NCBI GenBank assembly: GCA_951406725.2 | Contig: OX597814.1 | Span: 139,066,001 to 139,130,000, forward strand | Direction of reading: 5' to 3' | From: Octopus vulgaris | Taxonomy: Eukaryota | DNA length: 64,000 nucleotides | Shown: piece by piece, positions 39,755 to 53,099 of the stretch | Position numbering within the stretch: position 1 is the first letter of the stretch | Layout: each line of letters begins with the position of its first letter | Program-made: the position numbers and the translations under genes | Notes under the pieces: generated by a model | Seen by the model: only the letters and a program-made list of their open reading frames with translations | What the model was told of the DNA's origin: nothing | Database searches by the model: none

Positions 39755-41353
39755 GATTTCTTTTATTAGGCACAAGGCCTCTATAAAGATGGGACAACAC
39801 AAAAACAGACAAAACAATTCGATGGGGTACATAAAAACACATATCGTATAAAATTATGGATACAATGAAAATTGAGGATCTAATGACTTACATGCCCTCC
39901 CCCCATGAGCAGGCAGTTTCATTTTACTGTTTTTAAACAAAGTTTTACTACCAGTTCAATATCCTGCCTTGTATCTGTTGGTTTTCCTTTTCTTCCTTTT
40001 TTTTAAAATTTATACAAAGACGCTATTTACACCATATTATCCAATAAATCTTCGAATTCCACGACCGGCGGCAACTCATCGAAGCGAAACTGTACCATTG
40101 TCAATTCTATCTTTTCCCCAAACAATTCCTTCAACCTTTCTCCTCTTTCTCTTTCCAGCAGAACAGCTTTCACACCTTCATTGTACTCTGTGGGTACCAA
40201 TTTAATTCTAATTACGTTCTTCATCTTCTTCATCTTTTTTTCTATCTCTACACTTTTTGTGTATTGTATCATAGTTCTTATATTTTTCCCTTTTGGTGTC
40301 ACTCTCTGTTTTCCTTCACCAATCTCTTCTACTGTTGCTAGTATTCCTATCTCTGAATGTCTCTCATTCTTTGTTGCTATCATCTCTCATTTTGCTTTTT
40401 CTTCTATACTTTCTCCTCCTTGCTAGATGTTGATAACGGTCTCTGCTTTCGCTCCTCGACTTTGTCACTTACATTTGTTGACCTGTCATTTTTTCTCTGA
40501 TAGCATACGGGAGGTCTTCCTTCCACTACAACTCCCAGTTTCGTCTCGTCCGGCAACACCAATTCCTCTGCAATTTATGGAGGTCTGGTAAATTGATGTG
40601 AACCAACACCTCCAGTCCGTATCCCCATTAGTTCACCGCCGTAGATTTTGTAATTTTCAGTATTTTGGTGTCCTCCTCTGTATTATAAAGGATGGTTACC
40701 ACCAGCCACGCCTCGTCAATTTCTGGGGGCACCCTACCAATCCTCACTCTAGCCGCACTTTGCCACAGTAGATTGGTAGTAGCACCCACTCAGTTGATCT
40801 CAAAGGCATAGTGGAGTGTTTTATCACTTCTTCACTCACGAAGCGTACCTCCACTGTGCGGTATTTCTTTCCTCTGGTGTAGTACGTCGTTAGATCTTTA
40901 ACTTCTCTCAAGCATTCTTTGACAGCCTCCACTGCTGCTATTTCCACTTTTTTTGTTGCAATAGACAGCGTTCTGTATATTATTGTCTTTCTCTCTGTTT
41001 TTTTTCTCTATAACTTCCTTATGCGGCGTCAGCAGCCTCAGGTTATCTCCTTCCTTTCTCAACAGTTCATTGAACATCTTCAAGTTCGCTTCGTTCAATT
41101 GTACTTCTCTAACTTTCAAGACATCCGTGGTTAGACTTTTCCCAGTCACTGCAATGTAACTGCCTGCTGGTACTGGTTTACTTTCCATAATATTATCCAC
41201 AACTTCCCCCATAAATGGGGAAGAAATATAAAAATTCAGGTAACAAAAAATTTAACAATTCACTAATATAACAATTAGGTGCGGTAGACCTTCAACAATT
41301 TAACAATAACAAGACTCACATCAAATGCAACAGGGAATCAAATGAATCGACAT
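39755..41353 (-). mobile_element. Decayed LINE-like insertion (probable L1/Tx1 ORF1 relic plus 3' tail) with about 14-bp TSD
   Basis: Flanks aacatcaacgtcct / aacactaacgtcct; 3' end GTGCCTAATAAAAGAAAT resembles the Tx1 tail at 16518; broken charged ORFs at 40027-41212 (-). Confidence 0.6.
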
Positions 41354-42190
41354 AACACTAACGTCCTCTCAACGATTAGCCAGAGATGATTTTTAAAATG
41401 AGAATATCTTAAATAAATTCGACTGCTCTCACAAACGAGAATACTAAAAATTAACTCGACCGCTCTCAAAAGTTAAGTTTAGAAAAAACGGGAAAATAAT
41501 CCAGAACCCTTATCCGGTACCTGATCGATCCCAGTGGTAGTCATGGAATGTGGAGGTGGCTGTAGAAAATTTAGTAAGAGCAATAAATAGTTCATCCAAA
41601 GTTAACAAATTCACCATTCAAAATAGTTTCAAAGGCAGGGATAACAATAATGAGTTCTACTCAGGAATTTTTCATGAATAGAATGAGACCTTTTGGTTTT
41701 CTCTTCTCTTAAATTCCGGCCTCCCTTTAGTATTCCTGTTATTTTAGATCGATGTATAGATGTATGTATATATGTAAGTATACTGTAAAGTGTTAACATG
41801 TATGTATAAAATATAATATATATATTATAAAAATATGTCTTTACTATTTAATTTCTGAACGGTTTTGCTCCCGTGTGTTTATGTAGTTTGATTTTTTTTT
41901 ATCCATTAGTTATCTAAGATAGAGACGCGAGTAAAATTGATAATAGAGAAACGAAAATAAGACTTTGGAAACGGCCAAAGGGAGATAATTGAGAAAGACT
42001 TGATAGTCAACGTAAAATCGTAATCATGTAAAGTAAATATAACAAATAATACAGAATCCTTGTCCGGTGCCCAATCGATGCCAAAATCTAATAAGTTGAT
42101 GCCAGTCACGAGGTCAAACATCCCTGAAAGATTTATCCGTATCCATCCAGCGGTTCTTGAGATATCTTGTCCACGGACAAACAAACAACC
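41354..42190 (+). mobile_element. Fragments of the repeat family seen intact at 58341-58695 (head at 39707-39754)
   Basis: aacgtcctctcaacgattagccagagatgatttttaaaatgagaata.. and cagaatccttgtccggt..aaacatccctgaaag..atccatccag are shared. Confidence 0.8.
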
Positions 42191-42269
42191 ACAACTGAAA
42201 ACAATACCACTGGAGTTAATGAAGTGCCAGTTGGAACATTGGAAGAATCAAGTAACTACAACCTGTCTT

Positions 42270-43330
42270 AAAGCAGTTAGTGTAATGTAATAGATTGGGT
42301 ACATACTAACTGATGTAAAATAATCTGTCTTTATTCCATTACCAAAAAACTAAACGCTTAACATTTTATGAGATTAATAACCATAAGGTAAATCAGTCAT
42401 GTGTCTAAACAACTACAACAAAAAATATCAAGAACAAATAGAAAAATAAGTCAATCGCAAAATGGTTTGAGGCCAGGCATGTTAATTTGTGAAGAATTGT
42501 TTGACCTAAGGGACCTTTTGATAAAGATCCCAAAGCATAAATCAAGCTGTTTACGTTTGCTTAATACACTCTAAGATAAAGTTGGTTAAATTTTTATAAG
42601 AACTGAGGATACGGGATAAGTATATGAGGACATATGGAGCGAACAACGGTGACAAGAACTGGACGAAGAAACGTCAGATGTAAGTTAAGAAGTCAGACAA
42701 GATAGCTTGACTTCTAACCTATGTAACCTATACACAAAATAAGTCTTCAGAAAAGTAGAAAATATGTCGAAAATGTCAAAAGGAGATATAAACATCAACG
42801 ACAGGCATTGACGATTATAAGAGATCACTATTATAAGAGATAACCCACAGAGCATTGTAAGTGCAATGGCAAAGAAATGAATGCAAAATCCATGATAGTC
42901 AACAAGAACAATAGTTGCTCAAAATAAATATTACCATTGAAGGAAAGCTAATTTAACAGACATTAAAATTAATATGTATGGGGTACATGTAATTAGAAAA
43001 CGAGAACTGTGAAAGAGAAATGAAAAGAAAATTTGAGGTAGCCAGAAAGTAATTTGAAAATTGTCTAAAATACTAATATCAAGAAAATTTGATATCAAAA
43101 TCAAAAGAAAACATGATTAAATTGTTATGTAGAATCCATTCTACAAAATAGCATTAAAACATGGACGGTGACAAAATTATCATCAAACAGAGTATTATCA
43201 AAAGTATTATACAGATTTTTAAGAATATGATAAAGTACTAAGATTAATAAAAATTAAAACCATTACAAGTCATCTAAAACAAAAGTATCAAAATATGCTA
43301 AACACTTCATTAAAAAAGCATGGTCAACTG
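42270..43330 (+). mobile_element. Very old RTE-like LINE relic
   Basis: Faint SVFIPLPK, SHVSK and G.RPG remnants; many stops. Confidence 0.4.
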
Positions 43331-43781
43331 AGATCGTTGATATAAAGCAGAATGAATGAGCAGAACGGAAGAGGAAATTCATGGGCGTATAATATTCCTT
43401 TCAACTATAGGCATAATTTTGGGGAGAGATAAATCGATTACATCGACTCTACTGCTACTTATTTTATCGATCCCGAAAGAGGATGAAAGGCAAAGTCGAT
43501 TCGGCGGAACTTGAAATCAGAACGACCTAGATGACGATCCATTGTTGAAAAATAACTGATGACGACGATGGCGAGGAAATTGTTTGAAACGGTTTGAAAA
43601 ATCGTGTTAAATCTGGGGTGTATAATAACGAGTAACGCTCTTAAACTGAATCCCCGATCGCCTGCAGAAGGATGTGATGTGTGTGTAGGACGTTGTATAC
43701 ATATTTCTGTGAGATACGTACATCAGGGAATGATATAAAGGGCATATATGTTTATTTCAATAAAAAAAAAATGTATATAAC

Positions 43782-44339
43782 AAGGGCGCTTTTTTTAAAG
43801 ACACCAGTTTTGCTGAAAATTGGAGTTAAAACACTTTGAAGCCACAAAAATTAGTACTATACTTACTTGCAAAAATGCAAGGATATCAAGTTAACTGGCA
43901 ATCCTTCTTGCAATTTTGCAGAGGTAAGAAGCAATCCTTAATTCATTAAAAAACTTTTTCCGGAGGCACATGGCCTAGTGGTTAGAGCTGCGAACTCGCG
44001 GTCGAGGCATCGCGGGTTCGAATCTCAGACCGTGGGATGTGTGTGTCTATGAGCGAAATACCTAAACTCCACGAGGCACCGGCAGAAGGTAATGGCGAAC
44101 TTCTGCTGACTCTTTCGCCACAACTTTCTCACACTCTTTCCTCTGCATCAAGCTGTTCACATACGACGGACCGGCTTCCCGTCCAGATGGGGAGCCTATA
44201 CGCCAATGAAACCGGGAAACCGGCCCTTATGAACCAGGCATGGCTCAAGAAGGAACAAACAACAACATGCCTGTGTGGCTTCGGAGTGTTTTAACTCCTA
44301 TTTTCAGCAAAACAGGCGTCTTAAAACAAAAGCGCCCTT
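43782..44339. mobile_element. MITE with about 65-bp TIRs, carrying a SINE B insertion
   Basis: aagggcgctttt..gctgaaaattggagttaaaacactttgaagccaca / tgtggcttcggagtgttttaactcctattttcagc..aaaagcgccctt; no clear TSD. Confidence 0.8.
43961..44268 (+). mobile_element. SINE family B copy
   Basis: ggaggcacatggcctagtggttagagctgcgaactcgcgg..ggttcgaatctcagacc; (AAC)n tail. Confidence 0.88.
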
Positions 44340-44611
44340 CTTAAATATAATTCATTATTATATCTAATAATGTTGCCTATACGGCTTTAGCTTGCGGACA
44401 TTGACATTAATATCTCTCGTAAGTATTAATGTTCTTTCTTTATGTTCATTTCAATATATATGTTTTGATGTATTTTCTAATTGCTACATCGTTAAGGTTA
44501 TATAAATGTGTGTGTGAGTGTGTAGAAATATATACATAAGAGAGTATTTATACATACATATACATATATATATATGTATGTTTGTGTATATATATATATA
44601 TATATATATAT

Positions 44612-44833
44612 ACGAGGGTGGGTAGTGAAAAGTTCCTGAATTTGGGAAAAAGAAAGAACAGAAGGATCGGTTAATTATGATTTTATTCAAAATATTCCCC
44701 TCTCAGATCCATACACTTATTGCAGCGGTCCTTAAGTTTTTCTAAGCCCTGAGTAAGGAACTCGCAAAGTTGGGTCTCAATCCAGGCCTTTCACGATATC
44801 TTTAAAGCCAGGAAATTTTCAGCAACCCATCCT
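44612..44833 (-). mobile_element. Mariner-derived MITE
   Basis: TIR-like ends cgaggg..tgaaaagttcctg / ccaggaaattttcagc..cc flanked by TA; homologous to 7398-7610. Confidence 0.75.
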
Positions 44834-45165
44834 ATATATGTATTTGTCAGTGTAAATATATATATATATGTATATAAAGATATCTACATAAGAATACGTA
44901 TATATATGTATATCTGGAAACATTTCGTTGATACATTTCTACAATTTTTTACACTGCACTGTTTGTTTATGTATGTGTATGTGTGTATATCTGTGTGAAT
45001 GCGTGTGTGCGTGTGTGTAGGTACGTGTGTGTGTGTTTGTGTTTGTACCAGAGTAAGCGCATAAATGTGAAACAAGGTAGGAAAAACTAGTACTCGAATA
45101 CCGGAGGTAGAATAATATATTTTATTATTAAAGCTGCAAAAACCTCACCAAAAATATCACAATAA

Positions 45166-45207
45166 AACTGTTACTCAGAGTTTCACGTCCCCGTTCGTTG
45201 GGCAGTT
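45166..45207 (-). ncRNA. Decayed minimal hammerhead motif
   Basis: aacugc CCAACGA ACG-GGGA-CGU GAAAC UCUGA GUA acaguu; U4 and G5 deviate. Confidence 0.55.
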
Positions 45208-45271
45208 GTGATCCCTGAGTCACAACTATAGTATCGACAGTGATTTCGAAGTTTCGGCCAGCTAAGACATC

Positions 45272-45324
45272 ATTGACTATCTGACGATGGCTTAGCTGGC
45301 TGGAACTTCGAAGTCACAGTCAAT
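45272..45324 (+). ncRNA. Minimal hammerhead motif with an inverted partial copy upstream
   Basis: auugacuau CUGACGA U GGCU-UAGCU-GGCU GGAAC UUCGAA GUC acagucaau; the inverted copy at 45232-45273 retains GGCCGAAAC. Confidence 0.7.
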
Positions 45325-45436
45325 ATCATTCTCGTTAAAGAATAATAAATTTGTACTCTACCAAATATATTGAGTAATTCTTCAATTTAATGTAAGAATG
45401 TTTTTAGTAAGCATTTATATATATATATATGTATAC

Positions 45437-45656
45437 TCTCTCTTTTACTCTCTTTTACTTGTTTCAGTCATTTGACTGCGGCCATGCTGGAGCACCGCCT
45501 TTAGTCGAGCAAACCGACCCCGGGACTTATTCTTTGTAAGCCCAGTACTTATTCTATCGGTCTCTTTTGCCGAACCGCTAAGTGACGGAGACATAAACAC
45601 ACCAGTATCGGTTGTCAAGCAATGCTAGAGGGACAAACACAGACACACAAACATAT

Positions 45657-45700
<44 letters not shown>

Positions 45701-45851
45701 GACAGGCTTCTTTCAGTTTCCGTCTACCAAATCCACTCACAAGGCATTGGTCGGCCCGAGGCTATAGCAGAAGACATTTGCCCAAGATGCCACGCAGTGG
45801 GACTGAACCCGGAACCATGTGGTTGGTAAGCAAGCTACTTACCACACAGCC
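45437..45851 (-). mobile_element. SINE family D, near-intact
   Basis: Close reverse complement of 48498-48875; internal (CA)/(TA) microsatellite; (GTAAAAGA)-type tail. Confidence 0.92.
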
Positions 45852-45873
45852 ATATATTTATATATATACACAC

Positions 45874-46136
45874 ATTGTATAAAAGATCGTGGGTAAGGCC
45901 AAAACAATGCGAAGTAAATGCAAGGTAAATTACAAGAAAACAAATATGTGAATTAATGTAGGCTTACCTTGTATTCAATATTTCGGCAACATTCGTTAAG
46001 TTCTTGAAAATAGGGTCATAAACCCCGAAATATTGAATACAAGGTAAGTCTACATTAATTCCCATATTGTTTTCTTGTAATTTACCTTGCATTTACTTCG
46101 CATTGTTTTGCCCTTATCCACGATTTTTTATACAAT
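45874..46136. repeat. Long inverted repeat (about 112-bp arms, 38-bp spacer)
   Basis: 45874-45986 pairs with 46025-46136 with few mismatches. Confidence 0.92.
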
Positions 46137-46171
46137 ATATTCTTCACAATGCTTCATAGTGATTATTCCAT

Positions 46172-46432
<261 letters not shown>

Positions 46433-47129
46433 TCACCGTGAATTTTTTCAGAAATTTATTAAAGAATATCTTAGAGACACAAAAATATAGTAGTAGATAA
46501 AACAACACTTAACAAATGCATGAATAGAGTTTTAATTGATTAGCATGAATATTTTGACAGTAAATTATTGAAACATAAGGTATGAGTAATGTTTTATCAA
46601 TAATAATCAGACATGTTAATCATATAAGTAAGAACTAGAGTACAAATTTGTGCAAAATTGAGAACCGTAAAAACCAATACCAACACCTACTAGAAGTGCG
46701 ATTTTCTAAGATGATGCGTTTTCATCATTACGCTTCGATCTATAGCACATACACAACTGATATGCGGGGATTCTATTATTAAATGAAACAGTTTTAATAC
46801 AAATGCTATTGCTGAATAGCATTTTCTTATCGAATTCTTAAGTTACAATGGAGCAGACTAAAACATTTTCATGTCACGTGGTTTAAGATGAAACAAAAAA
46901 GTCGTAAATATCTATACACATAAGGATATATTAGTTTGCGACGTTTATGAGTTTACGAGCGAACTACGTATTCACTAAGCGATTGTCCTACTTGCTAGAA
47001 ACAGCAGTCAAATCACATTAGAAATCGCGATCCATTGTTTTAAAAGGTAAAGTGACACTGGAAACTATAATTCTAGAGGGTTGCTGGTCATGGCTGTAAC
47101 TTCTATGATCAAAGGTTCACTGGAAAGGG

Positions 47130-47345
47130 TTAAGGTAGTACACTCACGATAGGAAGATCGCAATTTCGATTCTTGAGCAAAACAAGCTTCATTTCAGGTT
47201 GCTGTAGTCTATTCAGCTATACATGGGTGACCCTGCAACGCGAACAGGCGTCCCGTTTAGGAGCGTTGGCCTGCCTGCCAGGCCATTGGGTTGGCATCAT
47301 TTGGAGGTGAGAATGATGAGAGAAAGTGCATTGTGACAGCGATGT
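47130..47345 (+). mobile_element. Diverged SINE (family C-like)
   Basis: ttcgattcttgagcaaaac..ttcatttcaggttgctgtagtctattcagcta..gcgtcccgtttagg. Confidence 0.5.
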
Positions 47346-47385
47346 ATAACACACATCCAATAGTCTGATCGATACAGTGATGTAA

Positions 47386-47428
<43 letters not shown>

Positions 47429-47470
47429 TACATATATGTATAAGTGTATACATATACATGTATATACATA

Positions 47471-47607
<137 letters not shown>

Positions 47608-47678
47608 AAGACATCGCACAATATCCAATATTGTGATGTAGATTCAAAGGACCTATGACAGGCAGCAGTCCCGTATTA

Positions 47679-47828
<150 letters not shown>

Positions 47829-48137
47829 ATTTATATATATATATATATAAAGATTTCTAGTCTGAATTGACAAGAATGAATCATTTACCAACTTCTAACT
47901 TGGAATGTTTGTTTTTATGAGAGAACTTTTGACATTTGTGAGCTTCAGTTGTCAAATACTTATTCTTTTTACCATAGTCATTCTTACAAAAACTATGTCT
48001 CTGTTTATGCGTGTATATATGGGTAAATGTGTATGTATTTGTATGCGCGCATGTATGAATACGGAGAGACAGAGACAGAGACAGTGAAAGAGAGAGGAGG
48101 ACACATATAGGTAAGTGTGCGTCAGTATATATAGGTA

Positions 48138-48191
<54 letters not shown>

Positions 48192-48326
48192 GATACATAT
48201 ACATACATCGTCATAAACACACAGAAATATCTACCTCTCTATATATGTTTCTCCCTTTCTCTCTTTTTCTTATGATATATACAAAATATAGTATATGTAT
48301 ACATATATATATGTGTGTGTGTATAC

Positions 48327-48387
<61 letters not shown>

Positions 48388-48497
48388 CAGATAGATAGAT
48401 AGATAGATAGATGTATACATATATGTGTATATATATATACACGTATATATATATATATATATACATATATGTGTGTATACATATATAGATATATGTA

Positions 48498-48875
48498 TAG
48501 GAGTGGCTATGTGGTATGTAACTTGTTTACCAACCACGTGGTTCCGGGTTCAGTCCCACTGCGTGGCACCTTGGACAAGTGTCTTCTACTATAGCCTCGG
48601 GCCGACCAAAGCCTTGTGAGTGGATTTGGTAGACGAAACTGAAAGAAGCCCGTCGTATATATATATATGTGTGTGTGTGTGTCTGCGTTTGTCCCCACAA
48701 CATCGCTTGACAACCGATGCTGGTGTGTTTACGTCCCCGTAACTTAGCGGTTCGGCAAAACAGCCCGATAGAATATGTACTAGGCTTACAAAGAATAAGT
48801 CCTGGGGTCGATTTGCTCGACTAAAGGCGGTGCTCCAGCATGGCCACAGTCACGTGACTGGAACAAGTAAAAAGT
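48498..48875 (+). mobile_element. SINE family D, near-intact
   Basis: tRNA-like head GGAGTGGCTATGTGGTATGT..GGTTCCGGGTTCAGTCCC, CORE-like caccttggacaagtgtctt, internal microsatellite. Confidence 0.92.
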
Positions 48876-49348
48876 TTAAAAAAAGTAATATATATATATA
48901 TATATATATATAATTCATGCATACAGACGTATAATTCATGCATACAAAAGTTTTTTTAAGTTGAATGTATTTGTATCCAGTATTTAAAAGTCTGTACATA
49001 TATAGACGCGTAGATGAAAATTATGGATAGATTAAGATATTACTTTCTTAGTTGTTATCATCTATATTCTAATTTATTAAGCGATCTTATTTCTTCTTCT
49101 AATGTTTTTCTTTAATTTTTCTGAATTTTTTTTTTTTTTTTTTTTTTTTGTATTTCACTAATTGATTCATTCGGAAATATTCATTTTTCTGCAATTTATT
49201 TCTTTTGTAATTGTCTGGGGTTTTTTTTTTTTTTTCAGGTTTCTAGATTTCTTTTGTCTTGCCATCTTCAACAATAGTTTGAAAACATTTTGTCATGAAC
49301 GTTGTGGAAAAAAGGAAGTGTGAAGTGAAGGTCGGAATAAAATACTAA

Positions 49349-49450
49349 AAGAAGAAGAAGAAGAAGAAGAAGAAGAAGAAGAAGAAGAAGAAGAAGAAGA
49401 AGAAGAAGAAGAAGAAGAAGAAGAAGAAGAAGAAGAAGAAGAAGAAGAAG

Positions 49451-49480
<30 letters not shown>
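49349..49480. repeat. (GAA)n microsatellite
   Basis: Directly visible. Confidence 0.99.
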
Positions 49481-49481
<1 letters not shown>

Positions 49482-50666
49482 GGGGCATTGCTCAAGAATT
49501 TTACATGCATCCTTAGACAAGTGAGGTTGATACAGTTGATGACCTTGAAAGTTTTATAGATCGCTATGTTAGGTCTTGGAGATAACTGTTTCGGATAAAA
49601 GGATGTGCACATTGAACAGCTAGACGTTGATTTGAGCAAGAAACATAAGTGGACGTGATTAGTGATACTTGGATGAACTTAGCTATTGCAAGGGAGCAAA
49701 TTTTATTCACGAAACCTTAAAAAACGACACTGTGCATAGATGAAGCAGCCTGTCCTTGAGCTAGTGGCTGAAATTTGTTGATGAATAACGTGTTGACAGT
49801 CAGATGATAAGATTGCGGTAAGATCAAAGTAGATTGCGCGAGTACTTAATACACTATACTATACACGAGAGTAGTTCTGCAGTCAGAGTAATAACAGAGT
49901 GCATATAAGGATTTATCAATTGATCAAGGCTAAAGATAACCCAAGACTGTGTGATGAAGAATCACAATGGTATATAATGTGAAGATGTCTTGAGCTGTCA
50001 TCAGAGACTAAAGGCAGCTTGAGTGTTTTAGATGTGTGACATTTATCTGTATGATTAGTTACGAGACTGCTCTTAATTTAGGGGGGGGGGGCATATTTTG
50101 GGTTTTTTTTCTTTTTATTTGAAATTATTGAACCTTTGTTGCTGTTGAAAGAGACATGGTTATCAAGGATGTAATCAAAATCTATGCGTTCATGGGTTTG
50201 GTACCCGTTATTGCTTGTAGAAGCTTTAGAAGGAATGACACTATCTGTGTGGGCATGTATGTTATTTTAAATTAATATACAAGAGAGTGTGGAGTAACAT
50301 TAAGGAAACGAAGTTATTAAATATGGGCCGGTAAGAGCTCCGCTGATACCAACTCAAATAACGAGGGAACGGGTACATATCAAAAGCGTGTAACTTACCC
50401 AGCAGATTCGCAAGCTAAATGTGGCCGAAAGTATTGCAGATGTAGAGTGCAAAAACATGTCTTCTCCAGAAGATCTTTACTTAAATTATACTTATATTAC
50501 TTTCCTTTCTACTATATTCGGGCTATTAATCATAGAGTTCTGTAAGATGATATGGTAAGTAAAAAAAAGTGATGGTCAATTATTCGGAAAATTAATTTTT
50601 ACGGCAACCTTCTAGTCGTAGTGATGCCGGGTTGGTGGGATTTTATTGCATATACGTAAGAATTTA

Positions 50667-50748
<82 letters not shown>

Positions 50749-51125
50749 TGAGTGTCGACTGTATGTAGAGATACATATATAGTTATATTAAGTTTTGTGT
50801 AAGTGCATTTGTAAAATATGGCTATTGTGTAATGCTATAAATTTATTTAAATGTATATTTTTAGAATTCTTTTCACTTATCAATCAGAAAATTCTGTATA
50901 GTTTTTCTGCGTTTATTGAAATGTATTTATAGAATAAATCTAGAATCTTATCAATATTAACTATTTAGTTATTAACTGTTGGTTTTCCTGGGTTAATAAG
51001 AAGAGATTCAGTTGCTTGTTTATCATTAATTATAATGCTTATTTCGATATTATTACTAGAATTATCGTATCAATATCAATAAACTATACATTCATTGGCC
51101 GCGTTATATATCGAGATACATAGAA

Positions 51126-51187
<62 letters not shown>

Positions 51188-51692
51188 GGGGTGCTGAAAA
51201 GTTCTTGGCTTCTAATATCTTCCAAATTGCTGTACAACTTTTATGTATTTATCTCTTAAAAGCCAGACATATTTTAGAAATGCACGAAACCTTTCGCAAG
51301 GTTTGAAAGTGTATATATGTTGACAGTATTTCAAATTAAAAGAAAACCCATTCAACTTAGTATAATCTTAAGTAACTGAATCATTGGCTGTAAAACGATT
51401 TTTAATTATCGATTTCGAAGCAAATTATATAAGGGGAGTTTGTGTTTTTAAAAGGATTGTATAACGAAGAGAATTGGATGTAGATAGCGTTTTAGGTTTC
51501 TACAATGATTATTTATCAATTTTGTGGATACTTTATGTGTACAATTGGTATGTTAAAATATATGATAAATTTGTCAAAATATGTCTAATAATCGGAAAAC
51601 ATGTTAAATATGTTAAATTAGTTAAAATATATCTGGTGTTACAGATGTGTTTAATAATATTTATGTTCACATTAAGATTGAATGGCTCTTTA

Positions 51693-52238
51693 TACGGGGT
51701 GTCCCAAAAGTCACTGATGGGTTTCAAGTTTTAATAACTTCCTTAACGTTAGAAATAAATACTTGAAATTGTGATGTAATATAAAGGACATCATGAAAAT
51801 TAATATGCATAAGTCAAATTTTGCAACACCACTACATTACATATGAAAAATGACATCGCTTAAATGGCAGCTATTTTCGGCTTCGCACACCCCTGCTCTT
51901 TCCAAAACTTGCACCATAACACCCTTAAGGGTTTCAGACCCCATTTCTCTGATTTCCCTGTTGGAGTTCTTCTTCAGTTGTACCAAGGTCTCCGGTTTGC
52001 TGACGTAAGCCCTCTCTTTCAGGTATCCATGATTGAGAGCTTTTTGCGCTCGGCCATTCAAAGTAGACCACACACATGGCTCCAGCAAGATGGGGCAACT
52101 GCTCATACCGCAAGAGAAGCAATGCAGTTGTTACGGCATTGCTTTGGAGAGAGAACAATCTCCTGCTACTACAATGTCAACTGGCCATCACGTTCCCCTG
52201 ATTTGACTAACCCATCAGTGACTTTTGAGACATCCTGT
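51693..52238. mobile_element. Rearranged Tc1/mariner deletion derivative (probably DD41D-type)
   Basis: TIRs cggggtgtcccaaaagtcactgatggg / cccatcagtgacttttgagacatcctg; WLQQDGATAHTA..NWPSRSPDLT on +, GYLKERAY..HLSDVIFH on -. Confidence 0.85.
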
Positions 52239-53099
52239 GCAAAAGAATTTTGCATTCTCCCGTATCTGGAAATTAAAATTATTATGTATGCCATTAATCA
52301 CAACCGTAAAATCCCTTTTAACGTTTAAGCTAAGAGGCTGCTTTATTGAAGAAATATGCCAAAAATGAAATACTGGCTAACCGTGTACTGACGTTTGTCA
52401 CAAAATTATTTATAAAAGGAAGCGTGCTGTTTGAAGATATATGCACATACTAAAACTTTGCATTTGGCTTCTTAGATTGGAAGAATATATTTCTTTCGAG
52501 AGTTAACTCATAAAGTTAACCAAATACTGAAATGCATGAAAGTGCATTTCAGATAGTTCAGTTGATTTCGAGTAAAAAAAAAATGAAACTACGCATTCTT
52601 CTGTGCAAGAAATATTTAGCATCATTTCAGAAGGAACTTCCAGCCAAATAGTGTTTGTGTTATGTGTTTATTTACTTAATTAATTATAGCGTAAATTCTT
52701 TTGGATTTTTTCTCTTTTTGTTTTCCGAGATTAGATGCATACGTGAAGTGGTAGTTAGAACTGGTTGATATTATTGATTTATGATTTACTGATTATTATT
52801 TATTGGTTAATGATTTAGTTATGAAATCGGTATCTTATAGATTAAAACACGTGTAATCAACTTCAATGTAATCAACACACCTTGGCAGGTGAAAGAGCAT
52901 GTCAGCAGATAAAAAACAACAACCACAAGTAAAAATTACATTTACAATATACTTCAACAATCATCATATCGTATCAACAAATTTCGTATAAATTCATGCA
53001 ATAATTACATTTCTATGATTTTTATGCAGGACTAGCTTTATTTAATTACTTGTGAGTTTATTAAATTTTATAATTTACATTTATTATATACGCTTAAGA

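Larger units (their letters stand above)
45060..45410. mobile_element. Two divergently oriented Penelope-like tails, each with a hammerhead motif
   Basis: 45060-45207 (-) is homologous to 57145-57240; 45232-45410 has a fold-back and a + strand motif followed by AATAAA. Confidence 0.65.
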
